DNA of 64,000 bases, taken from the NCBI RefSeq assembly GCF_000737315.1, contig NZ_JMCB01000017.1:124001-188000 (forward strand). Direction: 5' to 3'. This DNA is from Hyalangium minutum (GTDB lineage: Bacteria > Myxococcota > Myxococcia > Myxococcales > Myxococcaceae). Below are positions 17,882-25,897 of this stretch, in pieces; within the stretch, counting starts at the first letter, position 1, and each line of letters starts with the position of its first letter. Under the pieces are notes generated by a model. The model was not told where the DNA came from. It made no database searches and saw nothing but the letters and a program-made list of their open reading frames with translations. The position numbers were made by a program, and so were the translations under genes.

Positions 17882-19093
17882 TCAGGCCGTGGACCGGGCG
17901 CGGGGCAGCAGCAGCACGAGCAGGACCGCGCTCAGCGCCGCCAGTATCCCCGCCGTGAGGAAGGCCACCGAGCTGCCCCAGCGCGTCCACATCGCCCCGA
18001 AGAGCAGCCCTGCCGCCAGCGAGGCGCCTCCCGCCAGTCCGTTGTAGAGGCCAAAGGCCCGTCCTCGTGCCGCCGCTGGCACCAGCGAGGCGAGCAGTGA
18101 CTTCTCCGCGCCCTCGGAGAGCGCGTGGTACAGCCCATAGAGACCCATGACCACGAGCGTGCCCCTCAGCCCGTGCACTTGCGAGAGCGCCAAATAGCTC
18201 AGCGCGTACAGCAGCCACCCTGCCAGCACCAGCCGCGAGGCCCCCAGCCGATCCGCCAGCCAGCCTGCCGGATAGGACACTCCCGCCTTCACCGCGTGCA
18301 GCATCAGCCACGCCATCGGCAGCCACTCCGGGCGCGCCCCTTCCTCGCTCAGCTTCAGAAGAATGAACGCATCCGTCGAGTTGGCGATCCCGAAGAGCAC
18401 CACCGGTACCAAGTAGTACGCCAGCCGCCTCGGCACAGGCGCCTGCTTCTGGGCCGAGCCCCCTGCCTGAACCAGCACCCGAGGTGGCTCGGAGGCCAGC
18501 AGGATCGCCAGCACGCCCAGCACGCCCGGCACGACTGCCGCGAGAAATACCTGCTCCACCCGCAGCCCTGCTGCCACCAGCACGATGGCCACCAGCGAGC
18601 CGAGCGCCGCTCCCGCATGGTCCATGCCCCGGTGAAAGCCGAAGGCCCGGCCTCGGGCACCCTCGGGCACGGTGTGCGCGATGATCGCGTCCCTCGGGGT
18701 GCTCCGCACGCCCTTGCCCACCCGGTCCAGCGAGCGGATGACGAGCGGCTGCCACACGGCCGTCACGAAAGCCATCATCGGCCGCGCGAAGCAGGACACG
18801 CCGTAGCCCAGGAGCACCAACGGCTTCAGCCGCCGCGCCCGATCCGACCACACCCCAGACTGGTACTTGAGCAGCGCGGAGATGAGATCCGCCAGTCCCT
18901 CCATCGCCCCCAGCAGCAGCGGCGCCGCGGGGAGGCGCGCGGCCAGGAACGCCGGCAGCAGCGGGAAGATCATCTCGCTGCTCACATCCGTCAGCAGCGA
19001 CACCACGCCAAGCACCACCACGGTGCGCGGCAGCCTTCCGGACACTCCGGCTCCCTGGGTCTGACCTTCCTTCACGTGCCTGCTCTTCTCCAT
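17882..19093 (-). CDS. MFS transporter
   Basis: About 12 hydrophobic helices; WSDRARR, DRVGKGVRSTPRD, WLADRLG motifs. Confidence 0.9.
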   Translation of the reverse strand: MEKSRHVKEGQTQGAGVSGRLPRTVVVLGVVSLLTDVSSEMIFPLLPAFLAARLPAAPLLLGAMEGLADLISALLKYQSGVWSDRARRLKPLVLLGYGVSCFARPMMAFVTAVWQPLVIRSLDRVGKGVRSTPRDAIIAHTVPEGARGRAFGFHRGMDHAGAALGSLVAIVLVAAGLRVEQVFLAAVVPGVLGVLAILLASEPPRVLVQAGGSAQKQAPVPRRLAYYLVPVVLFGIANSTDAFILLKLSEEGARPEWLPMAWLMLHAVKAGVSYPAGWLADRLGASRLVLAGWLLYALSYLALSQVHGLRGTLVVMGLYGLYHALSEGAEKSLLASLVPAAARGRAFGLYNGLAGGASLAAGLLFGAMWTRWGSSVAFLTAGILAALSAVLLVLLLPRARSTA

Positions 19094-19105
19094 GCCCCAG
19101 GACCG

Positions 19106-19552
19106 CTAGGCGGTCGCCTTCATCGTGATGTGCACCGGCGTCGGGTTCGCCAGGTTGTCACTCACCGGGCAGCGCGCCTCGATCTCGCTCTTGAGCTTCG
19201 CGATCTGCTCCAGGCTGGCGGTGCTCTTGATGCGAATCTCCACCTCCAGCGACTGGTATCCGGCGCGGACGTTGCGGTCGGTGCCGGCGAACTTCGCGGG
19301 ATCGAGCGAGCCCCGCACCGTGATCTCCGTCCCCGACACCGGGATGCCCAGCTCCTTGGCGATGAAGAACGTCATGTAGTTCAGGCAGCCCGCGTGCGCG
19401 GCCAGGATGAAGTCCAGCGGGCTCGGCGCTCCATTGCGGCCGCCCAGCTCCGGAGGCTCGTCCATGAAGATCTTGAAAGCATGCACCTCGGTGGTGCTGC
19501 GGGCCATGCTCTCGCCGGTGGTGCGCACCTCTCCGGTGTACAGATTCGACAT
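19106..19552 (-). CDS. OsmC/Ohr-family protein
   Basis: DEPPELGG..GAPSPLD, AGC and RCPVS cysteines; GAAGGAG RBS. Confidence 0.88.
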   Translation of the reverse strand: MSNLYTGEVRTTGESMARSTTEVHAFKIFMDEPPELGGRNGAPSPLDFILAAHAGCLNYMTFFIAKELGIPVSGTEITVRGSLDPAKFAGTDRNVRAGYQSLEVEIRIKSTASLEQIAKLKSEIEARCPVSDNLANPTPVHITMKATA

Positions 19553-19639
19553 GGGGCTGTCTCCTTCGGGAGTGATGGGATGGCTCGCCACCCCACGGTG
19601 AGACCACAGCATGCCGCCTGAGCTCCCGCCGAGCAGCAG

Positions 19640-20308
19640 CTAGCGGCGCGGTCCGAGGCCCGCCTTCTTGCGCGCCTCGAGCAGCTTCTGCACGTCCGCG
19701 GGCGCCAGCGGCTGCACCGTCCCCAGCGAGCGTGCAGCCATGAGGATCTTCGCGTAGTGCTCCACCAGCTCCATCCGGAGCAGGGCCTGCGTCAGATCCT
19801 CACCCAGCGTGATGACGCCGTTGCCCGACAGCAGAAACGCGTCGTACTCGGAGGCGGCGCTCTCCACGCGCTTCGCGCCCTCGGGATCCTTGGGCATCGC
19901 GCGCTGCAGCGTGGGCACGCGATCTCCCAGCGACACCACCATCTCCGGCAGCGCGATGGGCGACAGCTCCTGCCCCACCAGCCCGAACGCCGTGGCCACC
20001 GGCGGGTGCGCGTGCAGCACCACCTGAGCCTCCGGCCGCCCCCGGTACACCGCCAGGTGCAGGTCCAGCTCGCCGAACGGCTTGCGCCGCCCCTCCAGCA
20101 CCTTGCCCTGCGGATCCACCACCAGCAGCGACGCGTCGTCGATGTCCCGCTTGGATACCGCCGTGCACGTAATCAAGAACCGCTCGCCCTTGAGGCGCAC
20201 GGACACGTTGCCGTCGTGGTTGGCCACCCAGCCGTTCGCGTGCAGACGGTGGGAGGTGCTCACCACGTCCGCCCGCAGCTTCGGCAGCGGCACGAAGCCC
20301 TCGCTCAC
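19640..20308 (-). CDS. Class II aldolase/adducin-family protein with altered active site
   Basis: GNVSVR, ELDLHLAVY, HAHPP; LLSGNG where FucA-type enzymes have LxxHG. Confidence 0.85.
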   Translation of the reverse strand: MSEGFVPLPKLRADVVSTSHRLHANGWVANHDGNVSVRLKGERFLITCTAVSKRDIDDASLLVVDPQGKVLEGRRKPFGELDLHLAVYRGRPEAQVVLHAHPPVATAFGLVGQELSPIALPEMVVSLGDRVPTLQRAMPKDPEGAKRVESAASEYDAFLLSGNGVITLGEDLTQALLRMELVEHYAKILMAARSLGTVQPLAPADVQKLLEARKKAGLGPRR

Positions 20309-20574
20309 GCATCCACCTCGTCCACCACGCCGACGATCAGCGAGCGGATGGGCAGCGTCTTGTCGCCGAGGATCTGCCGCACCCCGCCGCCCTCGCGCAT
20401 GACCAGCACCACGTCCCCCGGCCCCGCCGAGGAGGTGTGGTCCACCGCGATGAAGCTCTTGCCCAGGGGCTGCTGCTTCTCATCCAGCGGCTGCACCACC
20501 ATCAGCTTCCGGCCCGCGAAAGCCGGGTGCTTCAAGGTGGAGGTGACGCTGCCCAGCACCTTGCACAGGTTCAT
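20305..20574 (-). CDS. EutN/CcmL-family BMC vertex (BMC-P) protein
   Basis: KVLGSVTST.K…KLMVVQP…AVD…AGPGDVVLV…IVGVVD; ATGA overlap. Confidence 0.92.
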   Translation of the reverse strand: MNLCKVLGSVTSTLKHPAFAGRKLMVVQPLDEKQQPLGKSFIAVDHTSSAGPGDVVLVMREGGGVRQILGDKTLPIRSLIVGVVDEVDA

Positions 20575-20834
20575 ACGTCCACCGAGTCCACGATGCCGAC
20601 AATCGCCGCATCCACCGGCACGAACCACGGATCCAAAGCGAGCGCCGCCTCGCGGCTGCCCACCAGGTACACCAGCTCGCCCCGGCCCGCGGACACCGTG
20701 TCCACGGCCACCTCGGGGCTGCCCATGGGCTCCCGCTGGTGATCCAACGGCTGGACCACGAGGAGCCGCTTGCCCTCGAGGCCCTCATACTTCTGCTCGC
20801 AGACCACCGTGCCGAGGACGCGTCCCAGGTACAT
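20571..20834 (-). CDS. EutN/CcmL-family BMC vertex (BMC-P) protein
   Basis: MYLGRVLGTVV…KRLLVVQP…AVDTVSAGRGELV…GSREA…DAAIVGIVD. Confidence 0.93.
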   Translation of the reverse strand: MYLGRVLGTVVCEQKYEGLEGKRLLVVQPLDHQREPMGSPEVAVDTVSAGRGELVYLVGSREAALALDPWFVPVDAAIVGIVDSVDV

Positions 20835-20843
20835 AGGCGCCTG

Positions 20844-22691
20844 TTACATCGCTCCCGAGGTGAGGACCAGGGGGATCTGCAGCTCGACCTCCTCGGTGCC
20901 GTCATCCAGGGTGAACTTGGGGAACACCATCCGCTTGGCGCTCTTCTTGATGCAGTCGCCCACCGGCGAGGTATCCAGCTCCTTGCGGTCCAGCTTCGTG
21001 TCCTTCACCACGCCCGAGGTGCCCACCGTCGTCACGAGCGTCACCTTCCCGCCCTTGAACTTGGGGTTCTTGCGCAGCTCCGTCTCCACGCAGCCCTGGA
21101 AGGCGCCCTGGGACTTCTCCACCACCTTCATCACGTCCTCGGCCGGAGGCCCACCGCTGCCCGCCGCGTCTTGGGCGGCGACTTCGGCGTCCTTGCGCAC
21201 CGCAGGGGCCACGTCCGTCTTCGACGCGTCCCCGAGGAGCTGCTGCAGTTCCTCGGCGGACTTGCCCGTCTCCGGCGTCGCGGGCTTCTCTTCCGCGGAT
21301 CCCCCGGGTTTCGGCGCGGTGCCACCCTGCGCCGGCTTCTTCTCTGGAGCCGTGGGCGTGGGAGCCGGGGTGGGCGCCGGCTTCTTGTTCCCGAGCAGCA
21401 GGTCCTTCAGCTCGCTGCGGCCCTCGCCCGAGAACAGCCAGGACTTCTCCACCGGCTTGCCCTGGGCGTCCACCGTCTTCATCTTCGGCACGAAGTTCAG
21501 CGTGTCCAGCGCGAACACCCCGCCGCCGATGAGCAGGATGGGCAGCATGATGAACAGCGCCACCTTCCACGCCGGGTTGCGGCGGGTGACGCCCGACTTC
21601 TTCATGAAGTAGCGCGTGTCCTCCACCGGCTTCTTGGTGTCCGGCTTGCTGCCTCGCACCGACGCCAGCGGATCCGGGCTCTCGCCCACGGCCGCCAGAG
21701 GCGACTCGCTGTCGGGCGGCGGCTCGTTCTTGTCGGGCAGATCCAGATCCGAGAACAGATCATCGCCCATCCCCGCCTTGCTGGCCGCGCCATTCGAGCG
21801 GGACTGCTTCTGCGCCCGGGGCTGATCCGGGGCCGGCTCATCCCACGCAGGCTGATCCTCCTGCCCCTGGGCCTGCTGCTCGTCCCACTGCTGCTGCTCG
21901 TCCTGCCCCTGGGCCTGCTGCTCATCCCACTGCTGCTGCTCGTCCTGCCCCTGGGCCTGCTGGCCGTCCCACGCGGGCTGATCCTCCTGCGGGGGCTCCT
22001 CCCACTGGGCCTGCTGGCGCTGCGACTGGCGCTGCGGCTGCGCGGCGGCGGGCGGATCCAGATCCCACGGCTCGCGGGCCGCAGGCGCCTGCCCCACCGT
22101 GGTGGGCACATCCTCCCAGGCGTTGTCCTCCTGCTGCGGCGCAGGGGTGTTGGTGCGCTGGCCCCGCACGGCCACGGTGGCGGGCTCGGGCGGCAGCGCG
22201 GGCGGAGGCTCGGGCGGTGCGGCAGGAGGCGCGAACAGGCCCGCCAGCTCGGGGATGTCCGAGCCGCGCTTCCAGTCCGCCATGCCCTGCTGCCAGAAGA
22301 AGCTGCGCGCGTTGATGGCGCCGCTCTCCATGAGCCCTTGCAGGCCGGCCTCGTCCAGTGGGCCTTCCTGCTTGCTCTTCACCATCACGAACCAGGGAGC
22401 CGCGGCCGGGCGCGCCGGGGCGGCCTTGGTGGGCTCGTCCTCCCACGGGTTGGCGCTGGCCGGAGCCGCCGCGGGCTCCGGAGCGGCCGCAGCCATGGCG
22501 CGCTCCTGCTCGCGGATCCGCTCCACGTCGGCGAGAGACACCACGCGGGTGCTCTCTTCCATCTCCATGGGCGGGCCCTGGACGGAGATGACGTTCTGGC
22601 AGTTCTTACAACGGACCTTGACGGTCTTCCCGCGGACCTTCTCGTCCGCGATGGAGTACCGCCTCTGGCAATTGTCACAAGAGAAGTTCAA
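20844..22691 (-). CDS. GltJ/AgmX-like protein: zinc ribbon, GYF domain, low-complexity linker, TM helix, TonB_C-like C-terminal domain
   Basis: CDNC…VRCKNC; EGP…FWQQGMADWK; TM segment VALFIMLPILLIGGGVFAL; C-terminal FQGCVE…GDCI…FPKF. Confidence 0.8.
   Translation of the reverse strand: MNFSCDNCQRRYSIADEKVRGKTVKVRCKNCQNVISVQGPPMEMEESTRVVSLADVERIREQERAMAAAAPEPAAAPASANPWEDEPTKAAPARPAAAPWFVMVKSKQEGPLDEAGLQGLMESGAINARSFFWQQGMADWKRGSDIPELAGLFAPPAAPPEPPPALPPEPATVAVRGQRTNTPAPQQEDNAWEDVPTTVGQAPAAREPWDLDPPAAAQPQRQSQRQQAQWEEPPQEDQPAWDGQQAQGQDEQQQWDEQQAQGQDEQQQWDEQQAQGQEDQPAWDEPAPDQPRAQKQSRSNGAASKAGMGDDLFSDLDLPDKNEPPPDSESPLAAVGESPDPLASVRGSKPDTKKPVEDTRYFMKKSGVTRRNPAWKVALFIMLPILLIGGGVFALDTLNFVPKMKTVDAQGKPVEKSWLFSGEGRSELKDLLLGNKKPAPTPAPTPTAPEKKPAQGGTAPKPGGSAEEKPATPETGKSAEELQQLLGDASKTDVAPAVRKDAEVAAQDAAGSGGPPAEDVMKVVEKSQGAFQGCVETELRKNPKFKGGKVTLVTTVGTSGVVKDTKLDRKELDTSPVGDCIKKSAKRMVFPKFTLDDGTEEVELQIPLVLTSGAM
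21860..21961. repeat. 42-bp tandem repeat (about 2.4 copies) encoding QAQGQDEQQQWDEQ
   Basis: Units start at 21860, 21902 and 21944. Confidence 0.9.
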
Positions 22692-22764
22692 GAGAGCGAC
22701 CGATGCGCGCTGGGGAAACGAGTGGGGGATGCTACTCCAGCTTCTTCGAGTGCAAAACGTCCGG

Positions 22765-22793
22765 TTGACTCCGCCGCACGGGCCAACTATGCA
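22765..22793 (+). promoter_or_regulatory. Sigma-70-type promoter candidate for the FYDLN gene
   Basis: TTGACT-N17-TATGCA. Confidence 0.55.
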
Positions 22794-22838
22794 CCCGCCC
22801 CTTGGGTTTCAGCTTCCCTCGTTTCAGAAGGTGGCGAG

Positions 22839-23126
22839 ATGCCGGCGAAGGACCTCGGGAACAAATACGTCTGTTTCAAGTGCTCGACGAAGTTCTATGA
22901 CATGAAAAAGCCCGATCCGCTCTGTCCTAAATGCGGAGCGGACCAGCGCGAGAGCCCGGCCCTCAAGGCGCCGACGGAGGGACGCCGTGGCCGGCTGGCC
23001 GCTGCTCCCAAGGTCATCGAGCCGATCGAGCCCGAAGAGCCCGCCGCTTCCGAGGAGGACGAGGAGGATCTCGACTCCTTCGACGACGAGCCCGTGGAGG
23101 GGGCGGAAGAGGAGGAGGACATCTAG
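22839..23126 (+). CDS. TIGR02300/FYDLN acid-domain protein
   Basis: DLGNKYVCFKCSTKFYDMKK…CPKCG with acidic tail. Confidence 0.9.
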   Translation: MPAKDLGNKYVCFKCSTKFYDMKKPDPLCPKCGADQRESPALKAPTEGRRGRLAAAPKVIEPIEPEEPAASEEDEEDLDSFDDEPVEGAEEEEDI

Positions 23127-23212
23127 CGGGGTGGGTCTTGCCGGCCCCAGCGCGTCCTCGACTGCCTCTCCGGGCTCCTCCTCACGAGGAGCCCGCTCCA
23201 TCCGGTGGCTGT

Positions 23213-23371
23213 TCAGTTATCGGACACCAGCTTCAACTCGCCGACGATCCGACGGATCTGCTCGTAGAGCGTCGGCCCCATGGTCTGCATGCCCTCCGGG
23301 CGCGTCGCCACCGGCTTCGGGGCCTCCGTGCGGACCGCTGGGTCATGTTGAGTCTTCTTCTTGTCTTGCAT
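23213..23371 (-). CDS. Small hypothetical protein (52 aa)
   Basis: GGAGG RBS before ATG 23371; no recognised motif. Confidence 0.45.
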   Translation of the reverse strand: MQDKKKTQHDPAVRTEAPKPVATRPEGMQTMGPTLYEQIRRIVGELKLVSDN

Positions 23372-23482
23372 GGGCTCCACCCTCCCCACCTGTTGCTGGG
23401 TCCACTGCATAGCAATTTTTCCGCCAAGGTAAAATGGCCCATCCGCTTTCCGACATTCCGGGGGGTTGTGGATCAGCCCCCC

Positions 23483-23543
23483 AAAACCCCCTGTCCGGGT
23501 TTAGAACTGTTCCGGGAATCCTGTGCCGGAATCGGACAGGGGG
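23483..23543 (-). terminator. Intrinsic terminator candidate after the cupredoxin-like lipoprotein gene
   Basis: 11-bp inverted repeat (23487-23497 with 23533-23543), inner 6-bp stem, then TTTT on the minus strand. Confidence 0.5.
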
Positions 23544-23565
23544 GAGTCGTAGCTCACCCACCCGG

Positions 23566-24345
23566 TCATTTCACGGCGTCTGAGGCCCAGCTCTGCTCCA
23601 GGCGGACGGTCTCTCCGGCCTTCACGGTGAGGGGCTTGGAGGCCTCGGGCAGCCGGTCGTGCCAGAGCACCACGGTGTGGGTGCCCTCGGGGACTTCCAG
23701 GCGGAAGTGGCCCTGGGAATCCGTGGTGGTGAAGTAGGGATGATCAAAGGTGCGCACCACCGCGCGCATCCACGGGTGCACGTCGCACTTCACCTGGACT
23801 GTACCGGGAGTGGCGGGCAGGGGCTTCTTCAGGGTCATCCCCTCCAGCGGCATGGCCACGTTGAAGACGGGCTGGGCTCCGGCCGCGGCGCGCACGTTGT
23901 GCATGACGGGGTCCGAGTTGCGCACCTCCAGCGCCGTGCCCGCGCGGGCCGCCAGGGCGGGCGGATCATAGGAGCACTTCTTCTGGTCCAGGAGGGCGGG
24001 CGGCGCGGTGACTCCCTCGGCTGGCAGCGAGGCCCCGTCCGCGAGCGACACCACCACGTGCGCGAGCGCGCCACCCTCTCCCACGGTGAGGGAGCGATCG
24101 GGCACCTTGTCGCCACAGGTGGCCAAGACACTGGCGGTGGTGTCGAACTGCGCCGGGGTGGGCGGGGTGCCAGTCAGCCGCACCGTCCCCTCGATGAACC
24201 CCTTCCCGGCGGGCGCGGCCGTGGCTCGCTGCGGCATGGGGGTGGGAGTGGAAGCAGGCGGAGCGGCGTTGGACTCCGAGGAACCACGGCAGGCCGTTGC
24301 CAACGCCAGGAGCGCGAGCGCGCACAGGTGCAAGGTGGGTTTCAC
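23566..24345 (-). CDS. Lipoprotein with cupredoxin-like core and carboxypeptidase-regulatory-like beta domains
   Basis: Lipobox LATAC; HNV and CDVHPWM motifs. Confidence 0.7.
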   Translation of the reverse strand: MKPTLHLCALALLALATACRGSSESNAAPPASTPTPMPQRATAAPAGKGFIEGTVRLTGTPPTPAQFDTTASVLATCGDKVPDRSLTVGEGGALAHVVVSLADGASLPAEGVTAPPALLDQKKCSYDPPALAARAGTALEVRNSDPVMHNVRAAAGAQPVFNVAMPLEGMTLKKPLPATPGTVQVKCDVHPWMRAVVRTFDHPYFTTTDSQGHFRLEVPEGTHTVVLWHDRLPEASKPLTVKAGETVRLEQSWASDAVK

Positions 24346-24499
24346 GGGGTTCGTCTAATGGTTCCCAGCGCTCGTTTCAAACCCTCCCCATTTCACCGGG
24401 GATGACGGAGAGTCATCTGGGCGTTGGACCCCAATCGGTTTTGTTGGTAGAGGGGGCGCTGGCCACACGCCAGTGTGGACCTCGTGGGAGGCAGCAAAC

Positions 24500-25228
24500 T
24501 TGCGGGAGAAATTGAAGGCCCTGGCAGAGCTGCAGAAGGTGGACATGGAAGCGGCCGCCCTGCGCAAGGCCGCGGACGTCCACCCCCGGCAGATCGCCGA
24601 GCTGGAGCGGGAACTCGGTGCGGCGCGCAGCGCCATTGAAGCTGAGCGCGCACGGGTCGCGGACATTGAGCGGCAGAAGCTCCAGCTCGAGCAGAACATC
24701 ACCGACGAGAAGGACAAGGTGAAGAAGTGGGAGGCGCGGCTCGCCGAGCAGCGTTCGACCCGCGAGTACTCCGCCTTGGCCCGGGAGATCGACATCGCCA
24801 AGAAGGCGAACCTCACCATGGCCGACGAGCTGGTGGAGATCACCAAGACGCTGGGCACCGCCCGCGAGGCCGTGAAGGGCAAGGAGACCGAGTTCTCCGC
24901 CCGCCAGCAGAGCCTGGCCGGACGGATGACCGAGCTCCGCGCCAAGCTGGCCGAGGCCGAGAGCCAGGTGAAGCAGCTCGAGGGCCAGCGCGCGGGCGCG
25001 TCCGCCAAGGTGGACGCCACGCTGCTGCGCCGCTACGAGACGATCCGCAAGAAGAAGCTGCCCGCGCTCGTCGGCGTGGGAGCGGGCGGACAGTGCCATG
25101 GGTGCAACATGAACGTGCCCCCGCAGCTCTACAACCAGCTGCGCACCTCGCTGGGCACCGACGTGTGCCCCTCGTGCAACCGCATCATCTATGCGGTCGA
25201 GGCACTGGCCGAGCCCACCTCGAAGTAG
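24500..25228 (+). CDS. Coiled-coil C4 zinc-ribbon protein (DUF164/CT398-like)
   Basis: TTG start after GGAGG; long coiled coil; CHGC…CPSCNRII. Confidence 0.9.
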   Translation: MREKLKALAELQKVDMEAAALRKAADVHPRQIAELERELGAARSAIEAERARVADIERQKLQLEQNITDEKDKVKKWEARLAEQRSTREYSALAREIDIAKKANLTMADELVEITKTLGTAREAVKGKETEFSARQQSLAGRMTELRAKLAEAESQVKQLEGQRAGASAKVDATLLRRYETIRKKKLPALVGVGAGGQCHGCNMNVPPQLYNQLRTSLGTDVCPSCNRIIYAVEALAEPTSK

Positions 25229-25249
25229 GCCCTCGGGTCCTCGCCTCTT

Positions 25250-25876
25250 ATGCCGAAGCCGAAGCCGACCGAGGCCGACCTCCTCCGCCACATCGCGCGA
25301 GAGGAGCCACTGACGGCCACGGTCCGCGCCTTCCGCGGACTCACCCGCGAGCGGCTGGGCCAGCTGCTGGAAGAGGCCGCCTCTCGCCTGGAGGGCGGTG
25401 AGGCCGAGCCCTCCGCCGAGGCCCCCACTCCGGCCGCTCCCACCCCCGACGAGTCCCCTGCTCGCAGCGCCACGCCCCGCCTCCGCGTGTACTCGGATGG
25501 AGCGGCGCGCGGAAACCCAGGGCCCAGCGGCGCGGGCGCGGTGCTGATTGAGCCCGGCGGCACCGTGGTGGCCAAGGTCGGCAAGTACCTGGGGACCCAG
25601 ACGAACAACTATGCCGAGTACATGGGGCTGCTGCTCGGTCTGAAGCACGCCAAGAGCCTGGGCGCCAAGGAGATCGAAGTCTTCGCCGACAGCGAGCTCC
25701 TCATCCGCCAGCTCGGCGGCCGTTACCAGGTGAAGAGCCCTACCCTGCGCCCGCTCTATGAGGAGGCCGTGAAGCTCCTCAACGACTTCTCCCGGGTGAA
25801 GCTCGTCCACGTGCCGCGCGAGATGAACGCCGCCGCCGACGAGATGAGCAACCGCGCCATCGACGAGCGTCTCTGA
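25250..25876 (+). CDS. rnhA: Ribonuclease HI-family protein
   Basis: YSDGAARGNPG, TNNYAEY, DSEL, PREMNAAAD. Confidence 0.92.
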   Translation: MPKPKPTEADLLRHIAREEPLTATVRAFRGLTRERLGQLLEEAASRLEGGEAEPSAEAPTPAAPTPDESPARSATPRLRVYSDGAARGNPGPSGAGAVLIEPGGTVVAKVGKYLGTQTNNYAEYMGLLLGLKHAKSLGAKEIEVFADSELLIRQLGGRYQVKSPTLRPLYEEAVKLLNDFSRVKLVHVPREMNAAADEMSNRAIDERL

Positions 25877-25897
25877 GCCCGCTTCCGAGCCGGCCGT

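Noticed and set aside
20739-22838. 795-aa plus-strand ORF
   Set aside because: Antisense to the GltJ-like gene; only the last 95 codons (FYDLN protein) are credible.
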